Positions 22,982 through 35,999 of a stretch of DNA of 64,000 nt are shown here, piece after piece (the first letter of the stretch is position 1; every line of letters starts with the position of its first letter). Source of the stretch: Psilocybe cubensis. Lineage: Eukaryota. Below the pieces are notes generated by a model that saw nothing but the letters and a program-made list of their open reading frames with translations, made no database searches and was not told where the DNA came from. Both the position numbers and the translations under genes were made by a program. The stretch spans positions 2,542,001 through 2,606,000 of the forward strand of contig CM039005.1 of the NCBI GenBank assembly GCA_017499595.2, written 5' to 3'.

Positions 22982-25900
22982 TGTTGGAATGATAGTCGGC
23001 GAGCGACTTCGTTGCTAAGTCATTATCTTTCTATTGTAGTTATCTTATCATATTTTTCTAGATCATTCTACTACAGGTTCCGTAGCTACTGTAGGTACAG
23101 GTGTATAGTTACGTCGTGAACATAGATACCTTTCACCACTGCGCATTTTACTTACAACAGGTTATGGGCCCCGAGAGGTCATAACTAAAGCTCGCTTTGT
23201 TCTAAACTCGTTCTATTCTTATCGATCTATATCTAAACTTGTACTCGACGTCAAATGGCTGACTCGACAACCGCGGAAGTCAACATCGGCGGATATTGCA
23301 TTGACACACTGAAGGCCCACAATTGGATGCCGTGGAAGCGGCGCATGCTAGCAGTACTGGTGGACCTCGGACTGGAGAAATACGTGGACGGCACGTCGCT
23401 TCGACCAGGATCAGCGAAACCGAACGCACCCACGGCGGAAGAAATCGCAGCTCAGACAGCGTGGGATAAGGGAGATGCGAAAGCGCGATGCAGGATCGAA
23501 CTCGCGTTAAGCGATGCGGAGATGGTACACGTCCTGGGAGCGCGCACGGCGCGCGAGATGTGGACACAGTTGTGCACAGTGAAGGAATCCAAGGGACGAC
23601 TCGGTGTTTTGGCGACACGACGAGCACTTTTCCGGGCAACCGCAGAGGAGGGATGCGACATGGCAGAGCACATCGCAAAGCTACGTCAATTCCAGGAGGA
23701 GCTGCACATCATGGGCAGCATTGTTTCGGACGAAGATTTCGTCATGATTTTGCTCACCTCGTTGCCGGAATCTTGGGAGAATTATGCGTCATCCTTTTTG
23801 GGCTCGAGCGGGAATCGTCCTACGCTCACTTCGCAAGAGCTCGTTGGTGTTCTCCTTGAAGAAGCTCGTCGTCGGAAGGAGCGTGGAGGTGATGGTGCCG
23901 GAGGGACTACGCTTCAAGTTCGTGGAGGTCAAGGGTCGTCGGATGGAAAGGGTAATGGTTCGAGGGATGGCAGCGGCGGGAAGGAGTGCTATAATTGCCA
24001 CAAGATGGGGCACATTTCGAAGGATTGCTGGGCGAAGGGCGGAGGTCGTGAAGGAAAGGGTCCGAGGGGGCGGAAGACGAAGAATAGAGGGCGGACGAAT
24101 CAGGCTCGGGAGGACGTCAACACTACGCTCAACGATGAGGTTGCGTACCACACGTACTCGACGTCGAACTTTTCTTGTTACGACTGGATTTACGATTCTG
24201 CAACCACCAGTCACGTTTGTCCCGTCCGTGAAGCCTTCATCGAGTATACGCCACTCGTTAATTCCTCCGTTCGTGGTGTCGGAAAGAGTCCAGCTATCAT
24301 TGCAGGCCGCGGAACAGTCATCCTCAACTTCGATGTCGACGGGCAGATGATTACTCATCGTTTGAAAGACGTTTTACACATCCCTGAAGCCGAAAATGCT
24401 TTGATGTCGCTCGGAAGGTTTGAGAGGGATGGGAGGAGCTCGTCGTTTAAGAATGGGAAGGTTCTTTTGATGGATGCGAAGGATAAGGTTATTGGAAAAG
24501 GGTCGAAACGCGGTCAGATGTATATTCTTCACGCTCGCGCTCAGCTTAATTCAGGGGAACAGGTCAACTACGTCTCGCCGAAACTCACCTGGGATCAATG
24601 GCATCGTCGTTTTGGCCATATCTCAGTGTCGTCGTTGCAGAAACTCGTCCGGAACGATCTCGTCGTTGGTCTTTCCGTGGACGAAACGTCTATTCCATCC
24701 CCATCGTGCGAGGCGTGCATCCAAGCAAAGCAGACGCATAAACCTTTCCCTGGAGAAGCAGAAAATCGATCCACGGTTCCTGGAGAGCGAACCATGAGCG
24801 ACGTATGGGGTCCTATCGGAACACGCTCGGTAAATGGATTTTATTACTACATTACGTTTATGGACGACGCGAAGCGATACAACGGCGTGGTTTTCTTGAA
24901 GGACAAGAAGGAGGCGGCGAAGGCGATTGAGAATCATGGGGAGCGAGTGAAGAGGAGGTTTGGGCAGTATCCGAGGTATATTCGCATGGACAATGGCAAG
25001 GAACTTGTGAACGAGCGGATTAAGAAGTGGGCAGCGGAGAGAGGCATTGAAATCGAGACGACAGCGCCATATTCCCCATCTCAGAACGGCGTCGCAGAGC
25101 GCTACAATCGTACGCTGTTGGAGCTAGCACGTGCGATGATTATTGCGAAGAATTTACCTCTCTTTCTCTGGGACGAAGCGGTCAATTACGCAAATTATTT
25201 ACGCAACCGCGCGCCTACTCGAGCACTCGACGACAAGACACCATATGAAGGCTGGCACAATAAGAAACCGGATGTTTCTCACCTTCGGGAGTTCGGATGC
25301 GATGTATGGGTGTTAGACGAGACGAAGGGGCTTTCGAAGCTCAAGCCACGGTTGAAGAAGAAGGTATTCGTTGGTTTTAATGAAGGCTCGAAGTCTGTGC
25401 GTTATTACGATCCCAAATCGCGCACAGTGAAGTCATCGCGAAACGTATCGTTTAACGAAAACGAAACGCCGCAGAACGTCAAAATTCCTGGATTATCGTC
25501 TGAGGGGGAGCGTAACGAATCGACAGACGTTAAATCCAGCGAAAACGAGCCAGAAACCGTCAAGAACAAACCTATTTCGTCTACAGCATCGATTCCACAG
25601 CCCAGCATACGTCGATCAGCTCGTGAACACAATTTCATCGATTACAAGAAGGCAAACAACCCGAATGCTCGTTTACCGACTACACGATCCCAAACAACTC
25701 CAAACGCACCACAAATCGCTACAAAATCGACCGAGACCTCGAGCGCAAAGTCTACAGCAACGGAGCAAGCAAACGTTGTCAAAGAACAGCTGTGGGGCGC
25801 AATTTTAGACGATTCGGAACGTGTATTTGCCATGCGCGAATCGGACGTACCTCGGACACTTGAAGAAGCTTTGGAAAGCTGTGAGGCAGCTGCGTGGAAG

Positions 25901-27605
25901 GCAGCTATGGACGAAGAAATCGAGACGCTTTTACGGATGGGTACTTGGGAGATGATGAAGATTCCGGATGGAAGGAAACTGGTTGGATGCTGTTGGGTCT
26001 ATGCGAAGAAACGGGACGAAAACGGGAACGTCATCAAGTACAAGGCCCGACTAGTCGTTCAGGGATGCTCTCAGAGACCTGGTACAGACTACAGCGAGGA
26101 CGGAACATTCGCACCAGTCATGCGATTCGACACGCCTCGCTACTCGCATATTCGGCTGTACACAATCTCAAGATGCGTCAATTCGATATAAAGGGTGCAT
26201 ATTTGCACGGTTACATCTCGGAGGAGATTTATATGGTCCAACCACCCGGTTATGACGATGGCACTGGTCAGGCATGCCGTCTCATTCGTTCGCTTTACGG
26301 TCTCAAGCAGGCAGGAAACGTATGGAACCATGAACTTGATAACGCTCTCACTTCATTTGGTTTTACGAAACTCAAGAGCGATTACTGCTGCTACATCCGT
26401 CGAGCTGAAAATGGCGATTTTACAATTTTAGTTACCTGGGTGGACGACATAATCAGTTTCTCAACGAACGACTCGCTCAACGACCAGCTGGAGCGTGAAT
26501 TAGGCTCGAAATTCGACGTTAAATCGATGGGTCAGCCCTCGATGATGCTAGGATTCAAGCTCGAGCAAAAGGACCATTACATTTCGCTCTCGCAAGCATA
26601 CTACATCGACAAACTCCTTGAGAAGTTTGGTTTACAAGATGCGAACCCCGTTTTGATGCCTATGGACCCGAACGTGCGATTGGATAAGGATGAAGGTGTT
26701 CGGGAGGATGGAGACGGTCAGGGGGAGGTTAATTCGCGTTTAGGATTCAGTTATGCAACGGTCATTGGCTCGCTCATGTATCTGGCACTCGGAACTTGTC
26801 CAGACATCGCGTTTGCGGTATACAAACTCGCGCAATTCACCAGCAAGCCAAAATCGACTCATTGGACCGCTGTCAAACGTATATTTCGCTATCTGAAGGG
26901 CACGCGCAATCACAAACTCACTTACGGCGGCGATTCACAAGTTTTGGACGTAAATCTCAATGTTTATTGCGACGCCGATTGGGCTGAAAACTACGATCGG
27001 AAATCAATCAGCGGATACGTGGTTACGATAGCAGGCGGCGCTGTGGCATGGAGCTCGAAGAAACAGAATACGGTCGCACTTTCAACCACTGAAGCAGAAT
27101 ACGTTTCCACAACACATGCGGCGAAGCAAGTCTTATGGCACCGCTCACTCTTCACGGAGCTCGGTTTCCACATTCCATCGACGTCAACCATCTTTACCGA
27201 CAATACGGCAGCCATTTCGATTGCGCATCATCCAGAATTCCATGCCCGTACGAAGCACATTGACATTGCATTTCATTTCCTACGCGACTTGGTGGAGAAG
27301 AAGACACTCGACACTGTTTACATCAACACTTCAAACAATTTGGCGGATATATTTACGAAGGCCTTACCTCGAGTTGCACACGACGGTTTCATTTTGCAGT
27401 TGGGAGTTTTGGCCGACTAAGGGGGAGTGTTGGAATGATAGTCGGCGAGCGACTTCGTCGCTAAGTCATTATCTTTCTATTGTAGTTATCTTATCATATT
27501 TTTCTAGATCATTCTACTACAGGTTCCGTAGCTACTGTAGGTACAGGTGTATAGTTACGTCGTGAACATAGATACCTTTCACCACTGCGCATTTTACTTA
27601 CAACA
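22982..27605 (+). mobile_element. Ty1/Copia LTR retrotransposon (Copia-2), very recent, inserted in the left TIR of the foldback element
   Basis: 178-bp LTRs at 22982-23159 and 27428-27605 (one C/T difference seen). TSD TGTAC at 22977-22981 and 27606-27610. PBS ggttatgggcccc at 23160, PPT aagggggag at 27419-27427. The right TIR preserves the empty site. Confidence 0.98.
23255..27420 (+). pseudogene. Copia-2 gag-pol polyprotein with a single frameshift in RT (about 26130)
   Basis: CYNCHKMGHISKDC zinc knuckle, YDSATT protease, WHRRFGH/CEAC/SDVWGP/MDNGKE/NGVAER integrase, WVDD RT and CDADW RNase H. The sequence APVMRFDT switches frame to SLLAYSAVHNLKMRQFDIKGAYLHG. Confidence 0.95.
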
Positions 27606-27879
27606 TGTACGTGTCATTTAGACTAGAAAATCATAGCGTGGAACACGGGCCATTTAGCCTAAATGGCCCTGCCACCTATCTAGCTCGGAAAAAGAACATT
27701 CCGTGAGCCTGGCAACACGGACAAATACTGTTCCGTGTTTTTGATTATTTTTGAATGCATGAAAGACCAATGACTTTGATGCATAATACCAATATCTTAC
27801 ATATGTATATTCAATGTTTATAATGTTTTGTTACTCAGTGAGAGACTAAATATTGACAGCTTGATTATACTTTGGCGGA

Positions 27880-28990
27880 AAGATGTGTTCCGTGTCAAAA
27901 ACACAGAGGAAACTGGTGTTCCATGTCAAGGATGTTCTGTATCAAGAAAACCCTGTCAAAAACGCGGTGGAAAGTGTTATTCTGTGTCAGATGCATTCAT
28001 GGTGGAACCTAGATGTTCCATGTCAAAAACACGGCGGAAAAATGTGTTCCGTGTCAAAAACACGGAGGAAAGATGTGTTCCGTGTCAAAAACACGGAGGA
28101 AACTAGTGTTCCGCGTCAAGGATGTTCTGTATCAAGAAAACCCTGTCAAAAATGCGGTGGAAAGTGTTATTCCGTGTCAGATGCATTCATGGTGGAACCT
28201 GGATGTTCCATGTCAAAAACACAGAGGAAAATGGTGTTCCGTGTCAAAAACGCGGAGCAGGGGGTGTTCCGTGTCAAGAACTTAGTGGAAACTAGTGTTC
28301 CATGTCAAGTATGTTCTATGTTAAAAAAACCCTGTCAAAAATGCGGTGGAAAGTGTTATTCCATGTCAGATGCATTCATGGTAGAACTAGGATGTTCCAT
28401 GTCAAAAACACGGAGGAAAATGGTGTTCCGTGTCAAAAACGCGGAGCAGGGGGTGTTCCGTGTCAAGAACTTAGTGGAAACTAGTGTTCCATGTCAAGTA
28501 TGTTCTATGTCAAAAAAACCCTGTCAAAAACGCGGTGGAAAGTGTTATTCCATGTCAGATGCATTCATGGTAGAACCAGGATGTTCCATGTCAAAAACAC
28601 GGAGGAAAATGGTGTTCCGTGTCAAAAACGCGGAGCAGGGGGTGTTCCGTGTCAAGAACTTAGTGGAAACTAGTGTTCCATGTCAAGTAAGTTTTACGTC
28701 AAAAAAACCATATCAAAAACGTGGTGGAAAGTGTTATTCTATGTTAGATGCATCCATGGTGGAACCAGGATGTTCCATATCAAAAACACGGAGGAAAGTG
28801 GTATTCCATGTCAAAAACACGGAGCACAGGTGTTGCATGTCAAAAACGCAAAGCACAGGTGTTCCGTGTCAAAAACATGGTGGAAGAAGATATTCCATCT
28901 TAACAACTTGGTGGAAAGAGATGTTCTATTTCAAGGATGTTCCATGTCAAGTGCATCCATGGGGGAAAAGAATATTCCATGTCAACTGCA
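27880..28990. repeat. 189-bp higher-order tandem array built from about 21-bp gtgttccRtgtcaaaaac subunits (left TIR)
   Basis: The period of 189 is visible from repeated ORF starts at 28302, 28491 and 28680; the array degenerates inward. Confidence 0.93.
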
Positions 28991-30859
28991 TCCACCAAAA
29001 AGAAAACATTTTTGTATCAAACTTTTACTGATCAGATAACCTCAAGCACAACTGGGTCATATTAAGCACCCATTATTCCAAATTTTAAAGCCAATAACTG
29101 ATGTGAAATTCCTATCATGGGTGGCACTATTCCCCATCTTTTTCTGACACAGCATCTTTTATTATCTGTCAAGATAGAGTTTTAGCCATCTATTACCTAT
29201 GTTTATTTGCTGTTCAAAGTGCCTACTATCAAATACATGGTACTGTAGCTGTCCTGGAGAATGAGAACATCCTGATTTAAGGTGGCCATGATAAGAAATG
29301 TTGAGTGTTGGTGATCAGATCATATCTTTACAAACACCTTACAATAATCTATCTTCTTGACAGCTATATATACCTTTATACATTCTCTAAACATGTTTGT
29401 CAATAAGTGTAAAATTACATACATTATGGGAGATGGTGCAAGGTGAATAACATTGTCTATTAAATATGCAGTATTGTTCCATTTACCATATATAAATGAC
29501 CATGATCAATATATATAAAAGCAGATTTGTGTAGCCCCAGATTCTAGCTCTTCAGAATATAGAGGATGTTGTGCATCAGACCAGTGGTTGCTGAGATATG
29601 CAAAGAAAGATGTTAAAGAACCCATCTGAGACCCGGATGGATATTGGTCTTTATTTATACTTTGTTTGTGGTCACCACTTTGACATTTTTCTGAGATACA
29701 TTTTGACATATCTCAGTCCAGACACCTCGGAATCTCATGATCCTTTTAACTTTCTGTAGGTATTTTCTAGAGCTACAGGTCTGTACTACTCATTTATTTT
29801 ATAACCAATGTCTTTGCTTGTATATATCACATTTTGTCTATTCTTGGAATATGTTTAATATTCTTCATCTACCATCTTGAGGGTTGGTTGAAAGGCCTAC
29901 ATGTATTACTGTAACATATAAGGGACATTGATAGCTACTTATAAATGTCCATTTTGTGGAATATAGACTAGTTTAAAGGAAGCTATGCTTGTATTATGTA
30001 CACCACACAACTTCTTTGTTGTAGCTTCCTACCCAAGCTGTTTCTTTGTATATAATATATTCCTAGATACTGTCCTATGTTAATAACATACTGTAAAGTA
30101 GCTCTAAGATGTTATTTCAGAGCTCAAGACTTTTTCTGCCCCATCAGAGAATATACAGTATTTACAAGAGGTGGGGAATACTACTCTTCATACTAGGAAT
30201 TTAATCATGATTCTGGGTTCTAAAAGCTCTTGTAAAAGATGCCTATGACTTCCCAGTTGGGCTTCAAATTATCTGATTATTAAGGCATTGATACAAGGAG
30301 AAGAGGAGGGGTAGAATACACATTATGGTTCAATCAATTCAAATGCTCTATTTGAGCTCAAACTTGGCATACAATCTATTTAACCTAATTAAAAAATAAT
30401 GAAATAGTTCAAAAGATCCAGGCTAACCCCTTGAAAATGCTACTAAAAAAAAGCATGTTAATCAAATATTGTACAGTTTATTACACAGAAATATGTTGAT
30501 ATATTATAAGTTCATTTTCATATTCAGTATAGAATTACCAAAAAACCCAAAAAAAAACGACACATTGGTGCTCCAGAAAGCACACAATGGGTTTCTAGCA
30601 ATGCACAAAAGTATCAAAGGATGAGCACTATTAATAGATTCAGGAAGCAAGCTTGATGACACAACGGAAAACCCTTATTTGTTATATTTTTAGACAACAC
30701 CACAAAGCCAAACAAATAACAATATATTACTTCAACAAAGAGACACATTACACCAAGGTATATTTTGATATAGATATGCTTTCTACCATGTATGCTGTTT
30801 TGACATAAATGCACTTTTCATTATGAATGCACTTTACTCAGAAAATTGTCTTTTCAAAC

Positions 30860-31465
30860 ACCAGTTTCCACTAAGTTCTTGACATGGAACACCCCCTACT
30901 CCGTGTTTTTGACACGGAGCACCATCTTCCTCCGTGTTTTTGACATGGAACATCCTGGTTCTACCATGAATGCATCTGATACGGAATAACACTTTCCACC
31001 GCATTTTTGACAGGGTTTTTTTGACATAGAACATACTTGACATGGAACACTAGTTTCCACTAAGTTCTTGACACGGAACACCCCCTGCTCCGCGTTTTTG
31101 ACATGGAACACCATTTTCCTCCGTGTTTTTGACATGGAACATCCTGGTTCTACCATGAATGCATCTGACATGGAATAACACTTTCCACCGCGTTTTTGAC
31201 AGGGTTTTTTTGACATAGAACATACTTGACATGGAACACTAGTTTCCACTAAGTTCTTGACACGGAACACCCCCTGCTCCGCGTTTTTGACACGGAACAC
31301 CATTTTCCTCCGTGTTTTTGACATGGAACATTCTGGTTCTACCATGAATGCATCTGACACGGAATAACACTTTCCACCGCGTTTTTGACAGGGTTTTCTT
31401 GATACAGAACATCCTTGACATGGAACACCAGTTTCCTCTGTGTTTTTGACACGGAACACATCTTT
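30860..31465. repeat. Inverted copy of the 189-bp array (right TIR)
   Basis: Minus-strand ORF starts at 31421, 31232 and 31043 give period 189. Confidence 0.93.
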
Positions 31466-32000
31466 CCGCCGAAGTATAATCAAGCTGTCAATATTTAGTC
31501 TCTCACTGAGTAACAAAACATTATAAACATTGAATATACATATGTAAGATATTGGTATTATGCATCAAAGTCATTGGTCTTTCATGCATTCAAAAATAAT
31601 CAAAAACACGGAACAGTATTTGTCCGTGTTGCCAGGCTCACGGAATGTTCTTTTTCCGTGTTGCCAGGCTCACGGAATGTTCTTTTTCTGAGCTAGATAG
31701 GTGGCAGGGCCATTTAGGCTAAATGGCCCGTGTTCCACGCTATGATTTTCTAGTCTAAATGACATGTACATCACGTCAATCTTCTAGATTGCTAGTAAGC
31801 AAAAATAGACCGTGTTTCACGCAATCTCCTAGATATTAAATCTTAGGTAATGTACGTTAAAACTAAACTGTCTTATGTGTCATGTACATACGCACCGTCA
31901 GAACCAATCTCAAATATTTAAATGACGCATTCTGCGATTTTCTTCACGTCAATCTTCTCCATCTCCTACAAAGAACGTTATCTTTACAAACTCGCACATT

Positions 32001-33305
32001 ATGGACAGGGCTTGCTCGCAATCTAAGAACCTAGGCCTGTTGGGAATCAACTTGCAAGGTAGTCGTCAATTAAAGCTCGAAATTAAGATGTTATTTATCT
32101 GACATTTTATTCATGCAGCATCCAACAACAACATCTCCGGCATTTTTACAACATTGCTACAGCCACCCAACACCTCAGATTTTTCTGAATTCCTATTTCC
32201 TCATGATACGATTCTTCCATATAAAGAATTTACGTTACCTTTGGATTCTGTGTTCTCTCTTACTGGCGATGCCTTCAACCCGGAGAGAAATGACACAGAA
32301 CCGGGGGAACTGAGTCAAGCATATGATGCTCCAGGCCAGAACATACAGCCAGGACCTACCAATGACGAGTCTTCTATTCCTCATGAAATCAGTGGCAATG
32401 ACTGGAGCAATGGTTACGGTATAACATTGGGTACCACGCACCTTCAGGATGAATGTCGTTTGCCCGGTTCGTTTGACTGGGTGGAACGTGGCATGCATTC
32501 AGCGGGATGGAATGACGCCTACGATGTTCCATTTCAAAATCTGTCCAGAAATTTTTGTTCTATAATCGAGGAATCTGCTCTTCAGCTTCATACCAACAAC
32601 AGCAGGAGTGAATGGAGCGATACTGGTGGTACAAGTCTTGGTACCACGCACCCTCATTTAAACCCATCTCCTTTCGTTGATCATAACATGCAGTTTGAGC
32701 AGCCACCCATAGTCACTGCGCCTCAAAGAAATCCACCGTTGCATAGGAGACTCAGTCATAACATGATGTCCCAGGCAGCATTCTCCGCACCAGCAAGGGA
32801 AAACAGCCAAAATATTTTAACATTTGAGCCGGAGGTGGTCCCAATGATGGGAATACACCCTGTGGGATTACAAGGGTGTAACACAACCCACCCCCAAAGG
32901 TAAGAATTTTGGTTTTCCCCCTCACATTGAATGAATGTCTGATTTATGGAATGGATAGCCAATCAAGCAGTGTAGGAAAGCCCAGGAAGAGAAAATGGGG
33001 GGACGAGCCGATTCAAAGCGGCAGTGGGTCGAGGTACGTGCTTGCAAACACCATTGATCAATACTACCGATGCCTGATATGTTGCGTGTGATGCCTCTAG
33101 GTCTCCAAAAGCCTCAAAGAAAGCAAAAGAGGAGCAGATGGAACCGGATGTAGTGTGTATCTGCCTACAGCTGGGAGCAGATGGTGAACCGTTGCCTTTT
33201 GAGACATATTATGGTGCCCGAAGGTGCCTAGGAAGAGGATGTTGGTCAAAGGAATCAATGACATTGGTAGTGAGATGTGCAAATTGTCATAGAATAGTAG
33301 AGTAG
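32001..33305 (+). CDS. Hypothetical protein (about 372 aa, 4 exons): acidic/disordered N-terminus, RKRK NLS-like motif, C-terminal Cys cluster
   Basis: Exons 32001-32058, 32119-32899, 32959-33033 and 33101-33305 splice in frame (1,119 nt) through GT..AG introns. The tail is VCICLQLG...CLGRGC...RCANCHR. An intact paralog lies at 61417-62692. Confidence 0.7.
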
Positions 33306-35107
33306 ATAAGTACTCACATAGGCTTCTACTTTTATACAAAAGTTCAAACTGAGTAGATAGCAGGACAGTGGACCAAGTGTTTGGAAGCAGAGGCATCGAT
33401 GGGACGAGGTTAGGAGTGCGAGGAGCATGCTGGTCGTGCACATGCCATCCAAATATATTTATCTGATTCCCACCAACGATGTGATTGGCCATGGTGCGAT
33501 AATTAAGCAAGCGAGAGTGTCTTCAGCGATCTTCTATCTGCTTCTGCAACGAATCAGATAAATGGATGAGAAGTCAAAAAGTGGCATATTCGAGGGAAGC
33601 ACTTTGAAAATTAGAATTTAAATGTCATACGACTAGACAGATTGAATCTATTAAGTACATGTATTTTAACCTCCACAGCTTCAGAAAAGTCAGCTGTTCG
33701 AAGCATCCAATATTAATTTTGATATTGACTGGTCATTGTTATCCATACACACGGTGGGGAATGACAGCGAAATTGTCCTCTAGGTAAGAACACACATATG
33801 CACACACATATCAAGTTTATCTGTCTATACCTTCAAAGGCAAGTTCTATATCTCACCAAACCAGGGCAGATCTTTAAGAACTACTGCCTTGATGTGGTAC
33901 AGAAGAGGACATGCACATACGGGTGATACAAAAATTCTTTGAAAAAAGGGGTCAATTTGAATAGATATATGTATGGTTATAATTATGGCATTCCTGACGG
34001 GGGCTGCGGGGAGACAATGCACCAAAGGAAAAAGCGCGTCGCTATACATAGATAACAAAACCAAAGTCCTAAGTTACAGTGACAGAGTGGTCAGCGAAGA
34101 AGAATGAGAATGCCCCCAAAAAAGACGCGCTGAAGGTGGTTTAGGGTGCTGCTGTCGATATTGCATATCACCGTCATTCACACATGATGTTGCAAAGTAC
34201 GAGGGACGATACCCTGACGCATCTTCCTAGCAAAAGAAGGGGGTCCCAGTCCATGCGGCTCACATCGGAGGAGAGCTGGTGGATAAGGATTGGAGACAGT
34301 GGATAAAAACCCGAGAACAAACCTCTGTGGCGCATGCAAACTGTATTTGGTGCATTCAATTACTCGAACTTGTACATGTAATTGCGTTTGCGTCCAATAC
34401 AAAGCGAGCACAAGGTTATCTCGAGATAGAGGCGCAAAAATGATTTACATGCGCCATTCTTTCTGCAGTTAGAAAGTAGGGAAGTAGGGCAGGGGTAATG
34501 GAGGAAAAAGGATCTCACAATGTAAAGGGAGAGATGATGAAAATATGAACAAAGAAAAAGGTGAGCAAACACGAAGGAGTCAAGGTCTGGAAACGCCCAT
34601 GTGCGCCACGAATCGCATCGAGAGTGTAGACTCTGAGAACAGCTGAACATCTAAAGATGACACAATGGCAGTTAATGGGAAGGACCGTGCCACTGACGCA
34701 CCAATGATGGACAACGAAGATCAATTCCTTCTGTCTTTCTTTCAAATCCATTACAAACCGTAAGACCGAAGCCCATTGTCAGTGCTTGTATGTCTACGAG
34801 TTATTCTGTATGTGCAAGGGTGGTAAATATCAAAGATTGCACTTCTGAGAAGGGAGGAAACTGCAACAGACGGTGATGACGAATGAGGATGTTTCCAAGG
34901 TAAGTAAATGGAGAGAAACACTCACCTGTATACACATCTAAAGATTGCAGTGCCTCCACCAATTTTGAGAGATTCACAGTGGAGCATGCCCTGAACGAAC
35001 CTCTCCTTTAAGGCGTGAGGTGAGTGTCGACAGTCAAAAGCAACACAAAGGCACGAGTCCAATCAAAGGGATAAACGGAAAGCGTGGCGTGGCACGTGGG
35101 TATTGCC

Positions 35108-35300
35108 TTAGACAATGATAGCGCACCAAGGCCGCTTCAATGACGCACCTATGCCGGTGCCCAACCCTCCTCCTCCACCGCCGCCATTCCCGTCTGCAGA
35201 AACAGAAGCAAAAGCGGAGTACATCACCTGCATATCCATATATGAACCCGCACCCGCCCGCATCATCATCTGCTTCCCTTTTGGAATCTGCATCTGCATC
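35108..35300 (-). pseudogene. Relic duplicate of the wc-1 C-terminal coding end
   Basis: AGAGSYMDMQVMYSA...GGGGGGLGTGIGASLKRPWCAI matches the wc-1 end AGSGAHMDVQAMYAA...GGGGRGTGMGVSLKRPWSAI (45900-46080). Confidence 0.8.
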
Positions 35301-35999
35301 CATCTTCACATGGCCATCGCCATCCTAATCGACGTGAGCTTCTGTTGCTAGTGTCGCTTCCCGAACTGTAGCTGACTCCGAGTACAAGCCTTAAAACTCT
35401 ATGTACCCATGCTCTATGAAGATGAGTCCTTGCTGTCCGGGTCCGTGTCTGCGCAAAACCCAAAACCAATGTTGTGTTGCAATGTATCCGTATATTTTAT
35501 CCCGCAAGCAGCTTCGGGTGCACTGAATTCTGAACCGGTACTGATGAATAAATGACCGCAACTGAATCAAGTAGTACCTTAGAAGCGCAGCACCTATAGC
35601 ACGTCTTGTAAACCATAAAAATTCCCAAAGAAGATTACTTACAAAGGCTTATTTTATCTGTGAATTTCAATTTGGAATATCAGTGAAACTTGAAGGGCGT
35701 AGCACATTCGATGTGGCTGGAAGCATAGGGATATAGGGAACGGGGTTTCTAGTTCAGAGTGCATGTCACCGTGTCAAGTCGCGTTCACGTCTCGCTCCGC
35801 CGTAAACAATCGGAGTTTTAATGTGGTCACCACGCATGTGAATTATGCCGTCAAGCCGAACGGGGCGTCAATTATCTTGAAGTCATCGTAGTTATCAACC
35901 TTGATTCCAGCTTTAAACAGGATATTTCGTCTAGTAAGTTCGTTATTTACCCATAAGACGCCAATCCCGGTTTGTCCTGTATTGCGCGTGTACTGATGA

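Larger units (their letters stand above)
22868..31879. mobile_element. Foldback-type non-autonomous DNA transposon (about 4.4 kb without Copia-2), TIRs of about 1 kb, 7-bp TSD
   Basis: Termini CACATAAGACAG...CTGTCTTATGTG with TCATGTA on both sides (22861-22867, 31880-31886). The left arm (22868-22981 plus 27611-~28700) is near-identical to the reverse complement of the right arm (~30860-31879). The AT-rich centre has no ORF. Confidence 0.92.

Noticed and set aside
22982-23159. Spliced/unspliced duplication in the Copia-2 LTR
   Set aside because: I looked for it and found no internal repeat comparable to Copia-1.
26100-26191. Programmed frameshift in Copia-2
   Set aside because: The shift is inside RT, has no slippery motif, and looks like a small deletion in the expected FDTLRSLL stretch (or a sequencing error).
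27883-29031. 382-aa Cys-rich ORF (and 30896-31516) as a real gene
   Set aside because: It lies wholly within the TIR repeat array, starts at a non-ATG codon, and stays open because the unit length is a multiple of 3.
27880-31465. Repeat-spacer-like arrays resembling CRISPR
   Set aside because: The intervening segments repeat with period 189, the arrays sit in TIRs, the context is eukaryotic and no cas genes are present.
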